From an uncultured Candidatus Saccharibacteria bacterium (GTDB lineage Bacteria > Patescibacteriota > Minisyncoccia > Phycocordibacterales > CAYRGE01): a stretch of DNA of 21,485 bases. The notes beneath the pieces were generated by a model that ran no database searches, was not told where the DNA came from, and saw nothing but the letters and a program-made list of their open reading frames with translations. Both the position numbers and the translations under genes were made by a program. This document shows positions 16,897 to 21,485 of the stretch, in pieces. The first letter of the stretch is position 1. Each line of letters opens with the position of its first letter. Location of the stretch: the NCBI GenBank assembly GCA_964612415.1, contig CAZTCT010000009.1:1-21485 (forward strand), given 5' to 3'.

Positions 16897-18171
16897 ATGA
16901 CGAAGAGAAACATGCCGAAATTGGAACCTGAAGTTGAATCATTTGCCCGAATACGAGTCATTGGTGCTGGTGGATCTGGAAAAAACGCGATCAACCACAT
17001 GGTGAACTCAAAAGTGAAAGGCGTTGACTTCATCGTTGCAAACACGGATGCGCAAGATCTTCATCATTCCCTCGCAAAAAAGAAGATCCATCTTGGAAAA
17101 TCCCTTACCAAAGGCCTCGGCACAGGGATGAATCCAGATCTTGGAAGAAAAGCTGCCGAGGAAACTCGTGAGGAGCTCCAGGATGCTATACGCGGAGCAG
17201 ATATGGTCTTCGTAACTTGTGGAATGGGCGGTGGCACAGGAACAGGCTCCGCTCCTGTTATTGCTCGTATCGCAAAAGAGGAAGGAGCACTCACAGTTGG
17301 AGTTGTTACAAAGCCTTTCACTTTTGAGGGCGCTCAGCGCGGACGCATTGCCGCACAGGGGCTTGAAGATCTCCGCAAAGAGGTAGACGCCCTCATTGTT
17401 ATCCCAAATGATCGTCTCCTTGATCTTGTGGACAAGCAAACCTCTTTTAAGGCAGCGTTTGCGATGTGTGATGAGATTCTTCGCCAGGCAGTTGAAGGTA
17501 TCTCAGACCTCATTACCACCCCGGGCATCATCAATGTGGACTTTGCTGACATCAAAGCAGTCATGTCTTCGGCTGGCTCTGCTCTTATGGGTATTGGTTA
17601 TGCATCAGGGGAAAAGCGCGCCGAAGAAGCTGCATTGGCAGCCATCAATTCCCCACTTCTTGATCTCTCTATCAATGGAGCACGTGGCGTGCTCTTTGCA
17701 ATAGCTGGAGGATCGGACCTCACTATGCACGAAGTTCAAGAAGCGGCAAATATCATCACTGAATCAATTGATAGTAACGCAAAGGTTATCTTCGGGGCCG
17801 TTAATGACGACAAGCTCAAGAAAAATGAGATCAAGATCACGGTGATCGCATCAGGATTCCCCGAACAGGCGCAAAAACAACTCTCCCTTCCTAAACATGC
17901 GCGAGAAGAAGAGATGCGCATTAACATCAAAAAGCCTGAGCGCGAGCGAGAGCCAGAAAAGCGCGAGATTCACAACTCAATCATCCCTCCCATAACCCAA
18001 AAGGAAAAGGAGCGCGACACAAAGGAAGCCCCCCCACAAAAGGAAATAAAGACGACCCGTGAAATAAAAGAGACAAAGGAGCCAGAACCAGAAAAGAAAG
18101 TCACCCCTACCCCCGATGAGGAGGATGACTGGAGCGCAATTCCTGCATTCCTGAGACGCCCACGCAAGTAG
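16897..18171 (+). CDS. ftsZ: cell division GTPase FtsZ with long Lys/Glu-rich C-terminal linker
   Basis: [17 protein letters not shown], tubulin signature [22 protein letters not shown], and conserved C-terminal peptide [12 protein letters not shown]; start set at first ATG (16897) rather than the ORF-track extension. Confidence 0.9.
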   Translation: MTKRNMPKLEPEVESFARIRVIGAGGSGKNAINHMVNSKVKGVDFIVANTDAQDLHHSLAKKKIHLGKSLTKGLGTGMNPDLGRKAAEETREELQDAIRGADMVFVTCGMGGGTGTGSAPVIARIAKEEGALTVGVVTKPFTFEGAQRGRIAAQGLEDLRKEVDALIVIPNDRLLDLVDKQTSFKAAFAMCDEILRQAVEGISDLITTPGIINVDFADIKAVMSSAGSALMGIGYASGEKRAEEAALAAINSPLLDLSINGARGVLFAIAGGSDLTMHEVQEAANIITESIDSNAKVIFGAVNDDKLKKNEIKITVIASGFPEQAQKQLSLPKHAREEEMRINIKKPEREREPEKREIHNSIIPPITQKEKERDTKEAPPQKEIKTTREIKETKEPEPEKKVTPTPDEEDDWSAIPAFLRRPRK

Positions 18172-18204
18172 AGAGATTATTCGTTTTAAATTTATTGTTC
18201 TTTT

Positions 18205-19128
18205 ATGTATGACTTGGCAATTTTAGGAGGAGGACCTGCTGGCATCGCTGCAGGAGTATATGCTGCACGCAAGCGATTGAAGACCGTGCTTATCACAGAG
18301 GAAATCGGCGGTCAGTCGAAAGTATCTTTTGATATTCAAAATTGGATAGGCACCGTCTCAATCTCAGGTGACGATCTCGCAAAATCTCTTAAGGAACACG
18401 TCCTTGCCTACGCAAGCGACGTACTTGCGCTCAAAGAGCACAATCTAGTTGATAAGGTCGTCAAAGAAGGTGAGAAATTTATCGTCACCACCAACAAAGG
18501 TGACCAATACGAGTCAAGAGCAGTGCTGGTGACCACGGGAAGCAGACGTCGCAAACTGACTGTGCCAGGTGCCGAAGAGTATGACGGCAAAGGAATCGTC
18601 TATTGCGCATCATGTGATGGGCCTCTCTTTGCCGATCTTGATGTGGTGGTTATTGGAGGCGGTAACGCAGGGTTTGAAACTGCATCCCAACTCACAGAAT
18701 ATGCAAAAAGTGTCACGCTTCTTGAATACAATGAGGCATTCAAGGCAGAGCCTGTAACGGTAGAAAAAGTGCTCGCTCACCCCAAGATGACCGCTGTTGC
18801 AAACGCAGAGGTTTCAGCTGTACATGGGGAGAAAACGGTTACAGGAATTTCATATAAAGACCGCAAAACTGGCGAGGAAAAAACTCTCTCCGTTGGAGGA
18901 GTATTTGTTGAAATTGGCCAGATTCCTAATACAGAATTTGTGAAAGACCTTGTGAAAACGAACGAGTTCGGTGGGATTATTATTGATCCACGCACACAAC
19001 AAACCTCTACCCCTGGCATCTGGGCTGCTGGAGACAACACGGATGTCTTGTACCACCAAAACAATATTGCCGCGGGCGATGCAGTGCGCGCAATCGAAGA
19101 CATCTACCGCAACCTAAAAACGAAATAA
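18205..19128 (+). CDS. trxB: thioredoxin-disulfide reductase (pyridine nucleotide-disulfide oxidoreductase)
   Basis: FAD motif YDLAILGGGPAG, redox CASCDG (CxxC), NAD(P) motif VVVIGGGNAG, C-terminal GIWAAGD. Confidence 0.82.
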   Translation: MYDLAILGGGPAGIAAGVYAARKRLKTVLITEEIGGQSKVSFDIQNWIGTVSISGDDLAKSLKEHVLAYASDVLALKEHNLVDKVVKEGEKFIVTTNKGDQYESRAVLVTTGSRRRKLTVPGAEEYDGKGIVYCASCDGPLFADLDVVVIGGGNAGFETASQLTEYAKSVTLLEYNEAFKAEPVTVEKVLAHPKMTAVANAEVSAVHGEKTVTGISYKDRKTGEEKTLSVGGVFVEIGQIPNTEFVKDLVKTNEFGGIIIDPRTQQTSTPGIWAAGDNTDVLYHQNNIAAGDAVRAIEDIYRNLKTK

Positions 19129-19160
19129 AAAAAGAGGCGCATGGGCGCCTCTTTTGATTT
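19126..19160. terminator. bidirectional rho-independent terminator between trxB and the convergent small gene
   Basis: AAAAAAA-GAGGCGC-ATGG-GCGCCTC-TTTTGATTT. Confidence 0.7.
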
Positions 19161-19175
19161 ACACTGTATTTTTAT

Positions 19176-19502
19176 TTACGCCGCTACGGCGAAATAGTGT
19201 TCGGGAACTTCAAGCCCCTTTTTCTTCATCGCTTCCTGGATGTCTTGTATCGTCATCCCATGGCGCTGGAGTTTTTGAAGGCATTTCTCAATTTTCAGAT
19301 GCACGGAGTGCACTTGATGACCGAACGTTTCGCCGGGCATAAGACCAGAGGTATTGGCTGATTTCATTTCACACCCACCTCTCACATTCACTGTTGCGCC
19401 TTGCTCGAGTGCTGTATTTACCGCTCGTTCTTCAATAAGAGCTTCGGCAAGTATCTCAAGTGCCTGAGAACGCTCGTTCCCAAAAGAGCTTACATGAGCC
19501 AT
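19176..19502 (-). CDS. hypothetical small protein (108 aa), own promoter and strong SD
   Basis: SD GGAGG 8 nt upstream of ATG; two Cys (GGCEM, EKCLQ); weak resemblance to small redox/helical domains only; no confident family. Confidence 0.5.
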   Translation of the reverse strand: MAHVSSFGNERSQALEILAEALIEERAVNTALEQGATVNVRGGCEMKSANTSGLMPGETFGHQVHSVHLKIEKCLQKLQRHGMTIQDIQEAMKKKGLEVPEHYFAVAA

Positions 19503-19552
19503 TTTCTTTTCCTCCCTGTTGGTTGAGGTTAGAGGCCAAAACTTCTACTTGC

Positions 19553-19581
19553 AACGTAACAACAAAACTCTGCTGAGTCAA
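19553..19581 (-). promoter_or_regulatory. candidate promoter for 19176..19502
   Basis: Minus strand TTGACT (19581-19576), 17-nt spacer, TACGTT (19558-19553). Confidence 0.4.
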
Positions 19582-20928
19582 CTACTTTCTAAACCCCTGG
19601 AGATTCCAAGAGGACACTGCGCACACATTATCCTGACATCCACATTTCCAAGAGGAGTTTTGGTATAGCACGCACACATATGCAGCAAAGAAGTTCTGGG
19701 TTTGCTGTTCTGCTGTCGTCATGGATTCTATACGTTCTCCTTTGCCAATAATCCAAAGCCCTCCTCCAGCTGTTGTTGCCCCTGTTAAATTAATCGGCAC
19801 CCAGTCACGTGCATTTTTTGTGTAGTAAGCTTGGTGCCAAACATATGTTGTTGGTTGTCCATTCCCTGCTGAAAATGTAACCTGAGTATTTGTGCCTCCA
19901 CAAAGCACATTTAAAATGAGCTCTTTCGCAGTACTAAAGATATTATACGCCACTCCGTAACCAGCTGGCGTTGTTGTTGTATTGGTATACGAATTACAAA
20001 AACCTCCCCCACCCCCAGAAGGAGCTGGTGCTCCTCCCGCAGGTGCCACTTCTGCATAACTTGAATTCGCATCACCAATGCGATATTCGTCATGATATAC
20101 AGAACGTCGGGGTTCATCTGCGTCTTCTGGATGAATATCGTCTCTCCACCATGCCTTGTAATCACCTATTTTCCAGTAAGGTCCTAAGGTATCGTGTGGC
20201 ATATTTTTGCCATAATAACTATGTACCAACACGCCGTCCTTCCAAATCTCCATTATTCCATTGTCATCATATGTCCATTTCACATGAATAACCCAGTCGT
20301 ACCACTTATCGTGCTCAACAACTCCAGAAAGGTTGTAGTCACCATAATTTGTCTCAATTCTCCATATCAAATTACCGCTCTGTTTCCTGCCAAGTCCTGG
20401 CTCTGGCATTGTCGCGATAATAAGTGGGTAACAGTCCCCACAGAACTCTTGTGCTGTGAGCGAATCCAGATTGGCATGCCATTGATAGATCATATCCCTA
20501 TCCCATGGGACCCCTCCTCCACTATTCCTGAAAGCGTATTCAGATGATGGGAAATAAACACTGAAGCCGATCCAGAACTCCTTACCGTTCCAATTTTTCT
20601 CTGCAAGACGAGCGTTGCTTGGAGAGGTCACTTCTGATCTCCAGGCAGCCTGCATGTCCGTGCCAACTGTTGAACGAAGATAGTATTGTCCTGCTCGTGC
20701 TGGAACATTATTCTCCACAGCTCTCGATGGTCCAGGAGGATTACCGTCGTGGCAGGTATATTTTCCATTTGGATTACTACCAGCTACCCCCTGGCATGGC
20801 TGGTCATCCCAATCAATCGTTCCTGATTCAAATCCATCATAAAAAAGGAGTGCCGCCTGAGCTGGAACCGGCATAAACCAAGTGAAAAGAGTGACCGCCG
20901 CAAACAACAGTGAGATGATAAGATTCAT
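19582..20928 (-). CDS. secreted ConA-like polysaccharide lyase family (PF14099-like) protein with Gly/Pro/Ala linker and Cys-rich C-terminal module
   Basis: Signal peptide ...PVPAQA; ALLFYDGFESGTIDW; FWIGFSVYFP; YQWH; CGDCYPLI; KWYDWVIHVKWTYDDNGIMEIWKDGVLV; GPYWKIGDYK; VYHDEYRIGD...SYAEVAP, matching remembered hallmarks of the heparin-lyase-I-like ConA-fold lyase family; linker APAGGAPAPSGGGGG then a 150-aa C-terminal domain with CGC..C cluster. Confidence 0.55.
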   Translation of the reverse strand: MNLIISLLFAAVTLFTWFMPVPAQAALLFYDGFESGTIDWDDQPCQGVAGSNPNGKYTCHDGNPPGPSRAVENNVPARAGQYYLRSTVGTDMQAAWRSEVTSPSNARLAEKNWNGKEFWIGFSVYFPSSEYAFRNSGGGVPWDRDMIYQWHANLDSLTAQEFCGDCYPLIIATMPEPGLGRKQSGNLIWRIETNYGDYNLSGVVEHDKWYDWVIHVKWTYDDNGIMEIWKDGVLVHSYYGKNMPHDTLGPYWKIGDYKAWWRDDIHPEDADEPRRSVYHDEYRIGDANSSYAEVAPAGGAPAPSGGGGGFCNSYTNTTTTPAGYGVAYNIFSTAKELILNVLCGGTNTQVTFSAGNGQPTTYVWHQAYYTKNARDWVPINLTGATTAGGGLWIIGKGERIESMTTAEQQTQNFFAAYVCVLYQNSSWKCGCQDNVCAVSSWNLQGFRK

Positions 20929-20934
20929 CTTCTA

Positions 20935-20963
20935 ATTATAAAGTAGCCTCGCAATTGTCCCAA
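20935..20963 (-). promoter_or_regulatory. candidate promoter giving a leaderless transcript for 19582..20928
   Basis: Minus strand TTGGGA (20963-20958), 17-nt spacer, TATAAT (20940-20935), 6 nt before the ATG. Confidence 0.45.
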
Positions 20964-20980
20964 TTTTCTGGGGAAAACAT

Positions 20981-21000
20981 TGTGGGCGGTAGAGGACTCG
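20981..21000. repeat. 20-bp direct repeat copy of the tRNA-Val 3' end (att-like)
   Basis: TGTGGGCGGTAGAGGACTCG identical to 21096..21115 (last 18 nt of tRNA-Val plus 2 flanking nt); sequence diverges immediately on both sides. Confidence 0.75.
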
Positions 21001-21095
21001 GTCACAAATAATTTTCTGCTGAAAGTTTTCGCGACCCCGGCTCGGCGCCGTCGCGCCTGCGCCCTTCTCGTCCCCTACAGTCCTACGGACTCACC

Positions 21096-21115
21096 TGTGG
21101 GCGGTAGAGGACTCG
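21096..21115. repeat. second copy of the 20-bp repeat, inside tRNA-Val
   Basis: Identical 20-mer; forms the T-loop-to-3'-end segment of the tRNA, the usual integrase att core region. Confidence 0.75.
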
Positions 21116-21170
21116 AACCTCTGACCCTGTCTACGTCAAAGACATGCTCTACCAACTGAGCTAACCGCCC
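21098..21170 (-). tRNA. tRNA-Val (anticodon GAC)
   Basis: Reverse complement GGGCGGT-TA-GCTC-AGTTGGTA-GAGC-A-TGTCT-TTGACGT-AGACA-GGGTC-AGAGG-TTCGAGT-CCTCT-ACCGCCC-A; all stems pair; 73 nt, no encoded CCA. Confidence 0.85.
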
Positions 21171-21222
21171 GATGAGGTGTTTTATACCATATTTGGTACG
21201 CAGACTCCAGTACTTGTTTCAA

Positions 21223-21309
21223 CGGAGAGGGAGGGATTCGAACCCTCGGTCCAGTTTCCCGGACACCGCATTTCGAGTGCGACGCCTTCGACCACTCAGC
21301 CACCTCTCC
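21223..21309 (-). tRNA. tRNA-Ser (anticodon CGA), class II
   Basis: Reverse complement GGAGAGG-TG-GCT-GAGTGGTCGAA-GGC-G-TCGCA-CTCGAAA-TGCGG-[TGTCCGGGAAACTGGACC]-GAGGG-TTCGAAT-CCCTC-CCTCTCC-G; long variable arm, discriminator G; 87 nt. Confidence 0.85.
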
Positions 21310-21335
21310 AGATGATGCTTTACGCATCATAACCT
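21298..21335. repeat. 38-bp direct repeat, copy 1 (first 12 nt of tRNA-Ser plus 26 nt of 5' leader)
   Basis: AGCCACCTCTCCAGATGATGCTTTACGCATCATAACCT identical to 21448..21485; contains internal hairpin ATGATGC-TTTAC-GCATCAT. Confidence 0.8.
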
Positions 21336-21419
21336 GAAAGGAGGCTTCGCCCAAAGGGCTTCCTTAAAGCCTGCTCGGCTCCTTAGCCTCGCACTGGCTT
21401 TTCCGCCAATGCGGACCAG

Positions 21420-21447
21420 ATGCAATATGACGCAGGTCATATTGCAT
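21420..21447. repeat. perfect palindrome (12-bp arms, 4-nt spacer) abutting repeat copy 2
   Basis: ATGCAATATGAC-GCAG-GTCATATTGCAT; no flanking T-run on either strand, so it is not a canonical intrinsic terminator. Confidence 0.7.
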
Positions 21448-21485
21448 AGCCACCTCTCCAGATGATGCTTTACGCATCATAACCT
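21448..21485. repeat. 38-bp direct repeat, copy 2 (runs to the window end; may extend further)
   Basis: Identical to 21298..21335; the sequence below it (21373..21447) does not fold as a tRNA, so this is not a second intact tRNA-Ser gene. Confidence 0.8.

Noticed and set aside
21001-21095. Treating the 95 bp between the tRNA-Val repeats as a complete integrated mobile element
   Set aside because: Far too small to encode anything and no integrase is nearby. Reported only as an att-like scar or remnant.
21373-21459. A second tRNA gene starting at repeat copy 2
   Set aside because: The sequence that would form the tRNA body does not fold into a cloverleaf. Only the first 12 nt match tRNA-Ser.

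Overview
By eye, this is a chromosomal segment of a small-genome bacterium with few Shine-Dalgarno sites. Gene content and order (gyrA, rpsA, pth, lepB, hisS, rpsU, ybeY, ftsA, ftsZ, trxB) look Patescibacteria/CPR-like. The window is bounded by tRNA genes at both edges: a truncated tRNA plus tRNA-Leu(CAG) at the 5' edge, and tRNA-Val(GAC) plus tRNA-Ser(CGA) at the 3' edge.

The 3' edge carries a 20-bp duplication of the tRNA-Val 3' end 95 bp downstream of the gene, which resembles an integrase att site. It also carries a 38-bp direct repeat of the tRNA-Ser 5' end plus leader, abutting a perfect 12-bp-arm palindrome.

The most unusual content is a co-directional tandem array of six paralogous small membrane-protein genes (2969..5334, minus strand). 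Each has a VirB2/TrbC/TraA conjugative-pilin-like architecture: two hydrophobic helices around a short K/R/D/E loop, with or without a signal peptide. The array sits immediately downstream of a membrane-anchored solute-binding-like protein and a SAM methyltransferase, and no secretion/conjugation ATPase (VirB4/VirD4) lies in the window.

Next to tRNA-Leu there is a separately transcribed nucleoside 2-deoxyribosyltransferase-like gene, then a consensus-promoter operon with a strong ribosome-binding site that encodes an SPFH/band-7-like protein and a polytopic membrane partner.

A secreted polysaccharide-lyase-like (ConA-fold) protein with a Cys-rich C-terminal module lies beside the tRNA-Val repeat. 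Several genes appear to use leaderless or near-leaderless promoters (-10 element 6-9 nt from the ATG), while a few have strong ribosome-binding sites. No CRISPR array, transposase or integrase gene was seen.
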